Assembly (NCBI GenBank): GCA_041736895.1
Contig: JBGSSS010000210.1
Coordinates: 7,169-71,168 of the forward strand
Source: Pirellulales bacterium
GTDB lineage: Bacteria > Planctomycetota > Planctomycetia > Pirellulales > JALHPA01
Reading direction: 5' to 3'
DNA length: 64,000 nt
The notes below the pieces were generated by a model. The model did no database searches. It was not told where the DNA came from and worked only from the letters and a program-made list of their open reading frames with translations. Shown piece after piece: positions 1 to 7,173 of this stretch (position 1 is its first letter; the number at the start of each line of letters is the position of its first letter). The position numbers were made by a program, and so were the translations under genes.

Positions 1-200
1 TCAAGTGGTCTGACGAGGCCATTTTCCACGATGCCCGACACGGCGATAGGGCGACGCTGAGTTCGAGGATGGAAGTGCTCCAACGGCATCGGCACCGAGC
101 CGGGTGGCAATTCGGGCCGGGGCATGGGAGGTTCGGCAGCGATTTTCTCATCGCGCGCGCGTCGTTCAGGACTTCGTGTGTCGATTTCGGGAGTAGACAT
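1..200 (-). CDS. hypothetical protein, N-terminal part only (continues past window start)
   Basis: Minus-strand ATG at 198-200, open to position 1 (MSTPEIDTRSPERR...VSGIVENGLVRPL). No family recognised. Confidence 0.25.
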   Translation of the reverse strand, partial: MSTPEIDTRSPERRARDEKIAAEPPMPRPELPPGSVPMPLEHFHPRTQRRPIAVSGIVENGLVRPL

Positions 201-322
201 GGTTTTGTAATCCTCAATTGATTAGTAAGCAGTGATCACAAAAATAGGCGACTCGCCGAAGATGTTGAACAATTCGTCATCTTCACGATCATAGCACCAA
301 ATCACGGTGATCCGAAGCCGAC

Positions 323-1120
323 TTATTTGGGAGGAGCAGTGATTACTTTTGCCCGGCTCAATTCATGCTGATCGAAATACTCTTCCAGAATCGGATAGGC
401 GATCGGCTGCAGCATGGGTTTCTTGTTTTCGCTGATCGTTTTGTGATAGGCGTCAATCTTCTTGATTACCTCTGCCGCGACCATGTCATTGGGATATTTC
501 TTTTGCAGTGCCGCTTTGTTGGCATCCAGAAATTTGAGCTGAATTTGATACAACTTCAAGTGATCTTCAGTCAAGAGTTTCTCGGCATTGGGGGTCTTGA
601 TGACGTCGTACAACTGGATCGATTTTTGATAGGGATTGGTCTCCTTCGCGGGGACATCCGCAAACGCTTGGTGGACCGGGAGTTCGATGATCAAGTGGGC
701 CAATCGCGCGGCGACTTCGCCGACACTGTGGTTGTAGATGAACTCGTTGTCGTTGATTGTGGAAACGCAATAGTCCGAACCGCTGATTCTCAAAAGCTGG
801 ACGACCAGCTCCTCGTTCGGATTTTTCGTCAGTCGATGAATTTCACCACGCACGCGAGCCTGCTCCTCCCAGGAAAAATCTCGGGAGATCGCGACGGTTG
901 GTTTTTCTCCGCCGTCGGGGTTATTTACCTTGGGCTCACGATTCTTGCTCGTGAGTTCCGTGCGGAGTTGAGCAACTTTCGGATCTTCTTGTTTGTCGCC
1001 GGCGAGTGTTATTGGCGCTTCGAACAGGAGAAAACAAGCAAGAAAAATCAAGCGCGATACAGAAATTGCTTGGCAACAAGTCATAGTGGCACCTTGCTTC
1101 GAGATGAGTTGAAGACGCAT
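323..1120 (-). CDS. hypothetical secreted protein
   Basis: 265-aa ORF with a signal-like hydrophobic segment (LIFLACFLLFEAPITLAG). Its ATG overlaps the TAA of the upstream VOC gene (TAATG). No recognisable domain. Confidence 0.6.
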   Translation of the reverse strand: MRLQLISKQGATMTCCQAISVSRLIFLACFLLFEAPITLAGDKQEDPKVAQLRTELTSKNREPKVNNPDGGEKPTVAISRDFSWEEQARVRGEIHRLTKNPNEELVVQLLRISGSDYCVSTINDNEFIYNHSVGEVAARLAHLIIELPVHQAFADVPAKETNPYQKSIQLYDVIKTPNAEKLLTEDHLKLYQIQLKFLDANKAALQKKYPNDMVAAEVIKKIDAYHKTISENKKPMLQPIAYPILEEYFDQHELSRAKVITAPPK

Positions 1121-1494
1121 TAACCTTGCGGCACGGAGTGCATGCCAAACATATTCCCATCCGGATCGGTCCCAAGGGCGATGAACCCGTATTGGCCGAT
1201 CGACATTTTTTCTTTAAAGATCTTCCCGCCCGCCGGCACGACCCGCGCCGCTTCGACCGCGCAATCGGCACAGCTAAAGTAGACGATCGTGCTGTTGCCG
1301 CCGGAGTGCATGCCGTCCATCTTCACGATCGCTCCGCCGGCACCCCATTGGCCCATCGCCATCGGAAACGCCCACATTTCGAGATCGCTTTGCAAGCGTT
1401 CGAGTTTTACCTGAAAGACGGTCTCGTAAAACTGCTTGGCCCGTTCGATGTCTTGCACATAGATTTCGAACCAGGCGACGGCATTGTGGGACAT
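1120..1494 (-). CDS. VOC family protein (glyoxalase/bleomycin-resistance fold)
   Basis: MSHNAVAWFEIYVQDIERAKQFYETVF...GFIALGTDPDGNMFGMH is typical of the small VOC family. ATG at 1494 was chosen over the upstream ORF-track start. Confidence 0.85.
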   Translation of the reverse strand: MSHNAVAWFEIYVQDIERAKQFYETVFQVKLERLQSDLEMWAFPMAMGQWGAGGAIVKMDGMHSGGNSTIVYFSCADCAVEAARVVPAGGKIFKEKMSIGQYGFIALGTDPDGNMFGMHSVPQG

Positions 1495-1528
1495 AGAGAT
1501 ACTCCTCAAAGTTGGACAAGAGTAGGCA

Positions 1529-1810
1529 TCAGTAAACTTCGTCGTGTGTGCCAACGCTCAATAAGAGAATCGTTTCCGTACCCGCATCGTCAACTAGATC
1601 GAAGACAATACGCAGATCATAAGCCACACTGCTCGCCCAGGAGTCCGCCAAGTCGCCTTTCAGTTTGTGCGTTCGCAACCGCGCATCAAAGGCGTCACTC
1701 TCCAAGAGCAGCAATGTTTCTTGCAGCGCCTCGCGCAGCTCGGGATTGCGTTTTACCAAGCGGCGGATAGCTCGCGCGAATCCCGGCGTTTGTTTCAGCG
1801 GGCGATTCAC
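1529..1810 (-). CDS. type II toxin, RelE/ParE superfamily (YafQ/RelE-like mRNA interferase)
   Basis: 93 aa. THKLKGDLADSWASSVAYDLRIVF...LLLSVGTHDEVY matches the RelE/YafQ C-terminal pattern. GTG start overlaps the antitoxin stop (GTGA). Confidence 0.8.
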   Translation of the reverse strand: MNRPLKQTPGFARAIRRLVKRNPELREALQETLLLLESDAFDARLRTHKLKGDLADSWASSVAYDLRIVFDLVDDAGTETILLLSVGTHDEVY

Positions 1811-2019
1811 TGGTCGAGCTCCTCCAGAAAATTTTTAGGATCGAACGGAGTAGCAAGACCCGCCTCAAAGTCGCGGCGGCCTTGCTGCACTTCCGTGATC
1901 ACACGCTGCCGCCCTTGTTCGGCCAAGCGTTTTTGAATCAAAGCCACCAGTTCAGCTTGATCTTCCAAGGGCAAAAGTTCGACGACGGAGAGGGCGTTAT
2001 TGAATGTTGTCGTGTTCAT
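1807..2019 (-). CDS. putative antitoxin partner of the RelE/ParE-like toxin
   Basis: 70-aa acidic ORF directly upstream with a 4-nt overlap onto the toxin. First ATG is at 2019; the ORF-track start at 2040 is TTG. Family not recognised. Confidence 0.6.
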   Translation of the reverse strand: MNTTTFNNALSVVELLPLEDQAELVALIQKRLAEQGRQRVITEVQQGRRDFEAGLATPFDPKNFLEELDQ

Positions 2020-2085
2020 CGAAAACTCGTTTCGTGGCAAAAGATGATATTCAAATTATACCATCGCCCGCACGTCCCGGAAGAT

Positions 2086-2523
2086 TTATTGATTCAGTAA
2101 CTCTAGCGTCCGCTCGTCCTCCGCGCCATCATAATATTTCGCCAGGAGCCATTCAAACACCGAACCCTGGTCGCTCACCGTGGCGAAGAGCGTTGCGCAC
2201 GAGCAGAGCTTCAAATCATCCGGCGCGCCGAGAATCTCGTTGATCGTGCGGCCGTTCACCGCTAGGACCAACTCCGCGCATTCGCGCAGCCGCGCGCCCA
2301 AAATCGAATGCGTCAAATACGCCCGGGCTTCGTCCGTCGATTGAATCGCGTAACGCTGGGCCAGCGAACCTGTGCCAAGGCCCGCGAACTGCGGAAAGAT
2401 GAACCACATCCAGTGCGACTGCTTCCGGCCGGCGCGCAGTTCAGCGAGAACGTCGTTATAGACGGACTCTTGCGCATCGAGGAAGCGTTGCAGGTTATGC
2501 GGGTCAGAGGCGCTGGATTGCAT
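2086..2523 (-). CDS. DUF1810 domain-containing protein
   Basis: DPHNLQRFLDAQESVYNDVLAELRAGRKQSHWMWFIFPQ is the signature N-terminus of DUF1810. ATG at 2523. Confidence 0.85.
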   Translation of the reverse strand: MQSSASDPHNLQRFLDAQESVYNDVLAELRAGRKQSHWMWFIFPQFAGLGTGSLAQRYAIQSTDEARAYLTHSILGARLRECAELVLAVNGRTINEILGAPDDLKLCSCATLFATVSDQGSVFEWLLAKYYDGAEDERTLELLNQ

Positions 2524-2603
2524 TATGTCCTCACACGATTTCTTGCTCAGCCGATTTCTGAATCGGAAGTTCCAGTTCATTTAAAAGCGCACCTGCACTC
2601 GGT

Positions 2604-2965
2604 TCATTTTTTTCTCTGTTGCGCCCAGCGCAACACCCCAGGAGCCTGAAAAACGGGGCAAAAAATGGGGAAAACGCGGGAAAAACCACCGAAAAAGCGC
2701 GGAAAAAACACGAAAAAATCGCAAAAAGATCAGAAAAAAACGCAAAAAGAACGAAAAAATTCAGAAAAAAACGCAACTGTGCGCGCCCCCGATTTCCGGG
2801 TTTAACGGAACACCGATTCGAGCCTTCGCCAGAATCTCGCGGGGAATACCGCAGTCCACGGCTCGCTCGGTCGGGCCAAAGCCGGACAAAGCGTGCGCCG
2901 CGCTATTTTTTTGTGTTGCCTTTAAAGGCAACCTTCGTTGGGCTTTTTCATTACTTCGTGCGCCC
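2604..2965 (+). repeat. phased-A-tract element, copy A
   Basis: About 360 bp, alignable by eye over its length with 44752-45110. 12 A-tracts at 2649-2771. Hairpins at 2618-2634 and 2915-2932. Confidence 0.85.
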
Positions 2966-3093
2966 TAGCAGCGCCTCACATTGCGGCTCTGCCCGGGGCA
3001 AGCCACGCGCGCAGCCCTACCCAACGCGCGCAGCACTGAGTGATCTCATGTATACTATATATGGAGATATTTGTCAAGCCCAGTATTTTTGTG

Positions 3094-3117
3094 CCAGTGC
3101 CACTGGCTCGGCCAGTG
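3094..3117 (+). repeat. CCAGTGCCACTGGCTCGGCCAGTG palindromic repeat
   Basis: Same 24-mer at 28340-28363. Hairpin CCACTGGC-TCG-GCCAGTGG. Confidence 0.6.
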
Positions 3118-3216
3118 CTCGCTTGGGCGCGGCGGTCAAATCCTAAATCGGCGCAGACCATCTGAATCTTGCGATTGCTTAGAATCCTACGCAAAGAACT
3201 TTTCGAACGACCTACC

Positions 3217-3651
3217 TCAACTCAACGGCGGCGGTGGATAGTGCCTGTTCTTATCGAGCTCTTGACGCGCGTTATATTCCGGCGGCTCGAGCGAAGGAAA
3301 TGGCAGCGAGGGGAGCAGCGAAAACGAATCACTCTGCGCCACACCGAACAGCATGGCAAACAGTTGCACGGCCAATCCGACAAGGAAGCCGACCAAGGTG
3401 CAGCCAAATAGAATCACCAAGGGGATCAAGACGAGCGCCATGACGGTGGAACGTTCACTCCAAGTGGCAGCGTAGATGACGATCGTGATGAACGCTCCGA
3501 ATCCGCCCATCTGAAGCCCAGCGACGATGCCTTGACGCAGGTATTTTGTGTGCGCGGCGGACGCCAATGTGGCGGCACTTGCCGACGGCCGCAGTTCGGC
3601 CTGCGGCGCGGCATAGGGATTCTCCTCCGCAGGTGTTACGTCTTGTGACAT
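3217..3651 (-). CDS. small membrane protein, NPYxxPQ N-terminal motif family (paralog 4)
   Basis: MSQDVTPAEENPYAAPQAEL followed by two hydrophobic helices. ATG at 3651. One of four tandem paralogs. Confidence 0.6.
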   Translation of the reverse strand: MSQDVTPAEENPYAAPQAELRPSASAATLASAAHTKYLRQGIVAGLQMGGFGAFITIVIYAATWSERSTVMALVLIPLVILFGCTLVGFLVGLAVQLFAMLFGVAQSDSFSLLPSLPFPSLEPPEYNARQELDKNRHYPPPPLS

Positions 3652-3664
3652 GGGAATTATTCTC

Positions 3665-4021
3665 TCAATCATCCACTTCAAGCAACTGGTACGGTCTTCG
3701 CCAGCCGAAATCTTGCAGCATGCGATCGGTGATGGCGGCGACCGCGCCGAGCAATAACCCGCCAACAATGCAGACAGGTAAGGCAACGATGATATAGACG
3801 AACGCCATCAATAGCCAATAACCCGGCAGTTGCCAGCCCATCCGCATGATGAGATACATTACCAGACAGCAGCCTGCTAGAAAGCCAAGCTGATAGCCGT
3901 GTTGCATGAAATACCAGCGAGTCTCGTTCGTCCGAGTCGGTGCGGCAGCATGTTCTGCGGCGATGAGCTGTGTCTGCGGGGAAGTATAAGGATTCTCCTG
4001 CGCATGTTTGGATTCATTCAC
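3665..4021 (-). CDS. small membrane protein, NPYxxPQ N-terminal motif family (paralog 3)
   Basis: GTG start at 4021 overlaps the stop of the upstream paralog (GTGA). MNESKHAQENPYTSPQTQL plus two TM helices. Confidence 0.65.
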   Translation of the reverse strand: MNESKHAQENPYTSPQTQLIAAEHAAAPTRTNETRWYFMQHGYQLGFLAGCCLVMYLIMRMGWQLPGYWLLMAFVYIIVALPVCIVGGLLLGAVAAITDRMLQDFGWRRPYQLLEVDD

Positions 4022-4389
4022 GAAGCACCTCGCACTTCTTCGTCGTTGCTTGCAGCAAGACTCGATTCAGCGAACGAATCCGGCATCACCAACACAAAAC
4101 AAGCATACGCGATTCCCCAGGCAAGCCCCAGCACCATCGTCACGACGATGAAGACGCCGGCAATCAACAACAAGTTCTGCGCATTGGCTTGATAGCCGCT
4201 GAGCAGGCGCGCCAGATACAGCAGGATCATCGAGAGCGACGCGACCAGCCCGGCGGTCAAGCCGCGAACCATGCCGCGCCAGAGATACTTCCCCGGGAAG
4301 CGCCGCACGTTGCGGCCATGCGGCTGCTCATTCGCCGCGCGAAGGTTGGTCGTCTGCGGAGCTTCGTAGGCGTTCACTTGTGCTTGCAT
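4018..4389 (-). CDS. small membrane protein, related to the NPYxxPQ family (paralog 2)
   Basis: MQAQVNAYEAPQTTNL plus two TM helices. An alternative in-frame ATG at 4494 would add a DUF1810-derived leader (MNPTPDPHNMQRFLDAQELVY). Confidence 0.55.
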   Translation of the reverse strand: MQAQVNAYEAPQTTNLRAANEQPHGRNVRRFPGKYLWRGMVRGLTAGLVASLSMILLYLARLLSGYQANAQNLLLIAGVFIVVTMVLGLAWGIAYACFVLVMPDSFAESSLAASNDEEVRGAS

Positions 4390-4477
4390 CGTTTGCCCCT
4401 GAGGTCGCGACGGAGAAATGATCGCGCCGCCATAGACCAGTTCTTGCGCGTCGAGGAAGCGTTGCATGTTGTGCGGG

Positions 4478-4819
4478 TCAGGGGTAGGGTTCATCTGTTG
4501 GCGGCTCGTCTTTTGAAGCAAATGATTGCTGTTGGACTCGGGTTCCAGACACGCTTCCTAGATAAAGTCCAATACTGGAACTTAGGATTCCGATCATCGT
4601 GAATGCGATGAGATAGTCGATCGTAGTTCGCGGGCTCGATCGGTGAGTTTTAACTTCAGGTAGATAGAGAGAGGACATTAGCGCGGCGATAAAAATTGCC
4701 GACCAAAACGCGATGCGGCCATTAAACTTGTTTGTGTAGATGACTTTGGGCGGAGCCTTTAGTAGTTCAGCCTGCGGCGCGGCGTAGGGATTATCGAGCG
4801 GAGCCGGTTCGTTGTTCAT
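4478..4819 (-). CDS. small membrane protein, NPYxxPQ N-terminal motif family (paralog 1)
   Basis: MNNEPAPLDNPYAAPQAELL plus two hydrophobic segments. ATG at 4819. Confidence 0.6.
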   Translation of the reverse strand: MNNEPAPLDNPYAAPQAELLKAPPKVIYTNKFNGRIAFWSAIFIAALMSSLYLPEVKTHRSSPRTTIDYLIAFTMIGILSSSIGLYLGSVSGTRVQQQSFASKDEPPTDEPYP

Positions 4820-4980
4820 GATGGTTATTTCAGGCGGACTAGATCATCAATGCGAGAACCGCAAAACCATTATAACTCTTCACGGGTACAGACTTGAGTC
4901 ACTTGATCCCCTAGTTCCGCCGCGTTTCGTCGTTTACCATAAGGAATTGCCCAGAATATCGCCAATTTGCCCCACACCCG

Positions 4981-5940
4981 ATGCTGCAAACCGAACGCCC
5001 CCGCGCCGAACCTGTGCCGATCCCCGCGAACCTGCGCAGCACGCAGCCCGGCGGCGGCAAGTGCTACGCGCTGGAGTTGGCTTGGGGCCGTTGGCGGCGG
5101 GCGTGGCTCAAGAAATTTCGCCCTGGTTACGTGCGCCGCATGGCGGAGACGATGACCGGCAGCGACGAAGGCGCGCCGCATGAAATTCTCGATCCGCGCG
5201 ACCTCAAGTACGCGCGCAATCAATGCACCGCCGCGTGGGCTTCCGAGCACGATCCGTTTCGCTGGCGCAATCACGTCGGCTTCGCACGCTGGGGCTTATG
5301 CGAACTGCTGATGATGGGTGGGTTCTGGCTCGCTGCGACAATTGGACTCGTGTTTCTGCCCGGCGCTTGGGCTTGGACGGCGCTCGTGCCGGGCATCGTG
5401 CTGGTGCTGATCGTCTGGTTCTTCCGCGACCCGCCGCGGCGGATTGCCACGGAGCCGGGACTGGTGGTTTCGCCCGCCGATGGAAAGCTGGTCGAGGTGA
5501 CACCGCTCGCGCATCATGATTTTGTCGGCGGGCCGGCGTATAGAATTGGCATCTTTCTTTCGATTTTCAACGTTCACATCAACCGCTCGCCCGTCAAAAG
5601 CCGGGTGATTCAATTACAATATTCTCCAGGCAAGTTCCTCAACGCGCTCGATCCCGAAAGCGCGCTGTTGAACGAGAACCTCTGGATCGGCCTCGAAGAA
5701 GAAGAAGCACCCCATCGCAAAATGGTTGTCCGGCAGATCTCGGGTTTGATCGCGCGGCGGATCGTGTGCGACTTGCGCCCGGGCGAAGTGATCGAGCGCG
5801 GGCAGAAGTTCGGCATGATCAAGTTCGGCTCGCGCACGGAGTTGATCCTGCCGCAAGCGGGGTTCGAGTTGCTCGTCAAACCGGGCCAGATGCTGCAAGC
5901 CGGCAGCACCGTGCTGGGGAAGTATGCGGAAGCGACGTAG
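4981..5940 (+). CDS. psd: phosphatidylserine decarboxylase family protein
   Basis: VVSPADGKLVEV...IFLSIFNVHINRSPV...GMIKFGSRTELILP (G-S autocleavage site region). About 110 aa of basic N-terminal extension plus TM segments; true start uncertain. Confidence 0.85.
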   Translation: MLQTERPRAEPVPIPANLRSTQPGGGKCYALELAWGRWRRAWLKKFRPGYVRRMAETMTGSDEGAPHEILDPRDLKYARNQCTAAWASEHDPFRWRNHVGFARWGLCELLMMGGFWLAATIGLVFLPGAWAWTALVPGIVLVLIVWFFRDPPRRIATEPGLVVSPADGKLVEVTPLAHHDFVGGPAYRIGIFLSIFNVHINRSPVKSRVIQLQYSPGKFLNALDPESALLNENLWIGLEEEEAPHRKMVVRQISGLIARRIVCDLRPGEVIERGQKFGMIKFGSRTELILPQAGFELLVKPGQMLQAGSTVLGKYAEAT

Positions 5941-5980
5941 TTCAATAGAGAAGTATGCTCCGAGTAGGAACGCTCCTAGC

Positions 5981-6012
5981 AGAAACGCTCCTCTTCGAGT
6001 CGCCGCTAAACG
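5981..6012 (+). repeat. 32-nt dispersed repeat (AGAAACGCTCCTCTTCGAGTCGCCGCTAAACG)
   Basis: Reverse-complement copy at 21218-21249 (CGTTTAGCGGCGACTCGAAGAGGAGCGTTCTT). Confidence 0.7.
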
Positions 6013-6043
6013 AAAGAATCATTAAGCATCACTGCCGCAGCAT

Positions 6044-6078
6044 CTCCAATCCCGAATCCCCAACCCCTAATCCCTCGC
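6044..6078 (+). repeat. C-rich heptanucleotide tandem array (CCCCAAT type)
   Basis: CTCCAAT CCCGAAT CCCCAAC CCCTAAT CCC. The last C-run ends 14 nt before the pssA ATG. Confidence 0.8.
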
Positions 6079-6088
6079 GCAGCGACAA

Positions 6089-7033
6089 ATGATTCGCCAG
6101 GAACCAACGCCGTTGAATGATCCGCCGTCCGGACGGCGGCGATTTGGGCGCGGGCCACGGCGCTTGCGGGCGGTGGCCGTGCTGCCGACGTTGTTCACGC
6201 TGGGGAATTTGGTCTGCGGTTTTTTTGCGATCGCCGTGACTTCGCGGATTCATAAACCGGAATCGGCCGAAACTCCGATTACTCAGAAAATCAATTTTCA
6301 AATTCCCTGGTCTCTGGAAATCCCTTGGACTCTGGATTCGACCGACCCGACGCACAACATGATGCTCGCCGGGTGGCTCATCTTTCTGGCGATGATTTTC
6401 GACGCGCTCGATGGTCACGTCGCGCGGCTGACCAAGGCTTCATCGCAATTCGGCGCACAGTTGGATAGTCTCTGCGATGCGGTGACGTTCGGCGTCGCGC
6501 CGGGATTATTGCTGGTAAAAATGGTTCCATCCTTTGAATATTATTACTCGGGGGCGGTGTGGATTATCGCTGCCGTCTACGCCTGTTGTGCGGTACTGCG
6601 GCTTGCGCGGTTCAATGTCGAGACGGGCGAAAAAGACGATCATTCGACGTTCCAGGGCTTGCCTAGTCCGGCGGCCGCGGCGAGTATCGCGGGGTTTGCG
6701 ATTTTGTTTTACACGCTGCGCGTCGAAACGCCACGGTATGAATGGAAGCCTTCGTTGGACACGGTGGTCCAGCATGTGTTGCCATTTTTTGCACTGGCCG
6801 TGGCGCTGCTCATGGTCTCGCGCATTCCCTATCCGCACATCGTCAACCGTATGTTCCGCGGCAAGAAAAGCTTCGGCCACTTGGTCGGCTTGATCTTTGG
6901 CATCGTCGCGATCGCCATGATCCGCGGCTATGCGGTGCCGCTCGTGAGTTGCGCCTTTGTCCTTGGCCCGCTGTTCATTTTTCTTTGGCGTCGCTGGCGC
7001 GAGCCGGAACCAGAGCCGGAGAGTTTGTTTTGA
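6089..7033 (+). CDS. pssA: CDP-diacylglycerol--serine O-phosphatidyltransferase
   Basis: CDP-alcohol phosphatidyltransferase motif DALDGHVARLTKASSQFGAQLDSLCD. Multiple TM segments. Adjacent to psd. Confidence 0.9.
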   Translation: MIRQEPTPLNDPPSGRRRFGRGPRRLRAVAVLPTLFTLGNLVCGFFAIAVTSRIHKPESAETPITQKINFQIPWSLEIPWTLDSTDPTHNMMLAGWLIFLAMIFDALDGHVARLTKASSQFGAQLDSLCDAVTFGVAPGLLLVKMVPSFEYYYSGAVWIIAAVYACCAVLRLARFNVETGEKDDHSTFQGLPSPAAAASIAGFAILFYTLRVETPRYEWKPSLDTVVQHVLPFFALAVALLMVSRIPYPHIVNRMFRGKKSFGHLVGLIFGIVAIAMIRGYAVPLVSCAFVLGPLFIFLWRRWREPEPEPESLF

Positions 7034-7173
7034 GTTGGGCCTTGGGCGCTGGCTATTGGGCGCTGGTCAGCATTTTGATGCAGAGTTCTCTCTCGAATAA
7101 TTCATTGGTTCTTGAAGCATCGTTTAACTTTGTAATTCTCCGACCAACGCCCAATCCCCAACGCCCACAACCC
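7034..7173. repeat. inverted pair of G-rich / C-rich heptamer arrays
   Basis: GTTGGGCCTTGGGCGCTGGCTATTGGGCGCTGG (7034-7066) and CCAACGCCCAATCCCCAACGCCCACAACCC (7144-7173) flank a 77-nt AT-rich spacer. The right arm ends at the ribE ATG. Confidence 0.75.

Noticed and set aside
222-305. 27-codon GTG-initiated ORF (VIWCYDREDDELFNIFGESPIFVITAY) between the first two minus-strand genes
   Set aside because: It is too short and has no recognisable motif. It cannot be distinguished from chance.
365-1123. Other long antisense ORFs, including 365-1123(+), 8382-9389(+), 23576-24787(-), 31522-32637(+), 37585-38412(+), 39550-40305(+), 46195-47130(-), 47152-48018(-), 57921-58634(-), 59912-61228(+)
   Set aside because: Each overlaps a better-supported gene on the opposite strand that has recognisable motifs or signal peptides. 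These ORFs are Arg/Gly/Ala/Val-rich and lack any motif.
2531-3146. Lys-rich (+, 2619-3146) and Phe-rich (-, 2531-2776) ORFs across the A-tract element, with counterparts at 44576-45159
   Set aside because: The two element copies are conserved at nucleotide level, but the ORFs fall in different frames and have different ends in each copy. The amino-acid bias is just translated A- or T-tracts.
4870-5274. 134-aa minus-strand ORF overlapping the psd 5' region
   Set aside because: It overlaps the psd reading frame and the intergenic promoter region. It has Arg/Ala-rich shadow composition and no motif.
7034-7173. FMN riboswitch upstream of ribE
   Set aside because: The spacer consists of heptamer arrays and an AT-rich loop. 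I could not find the conserved FMN-aptamer core segments.
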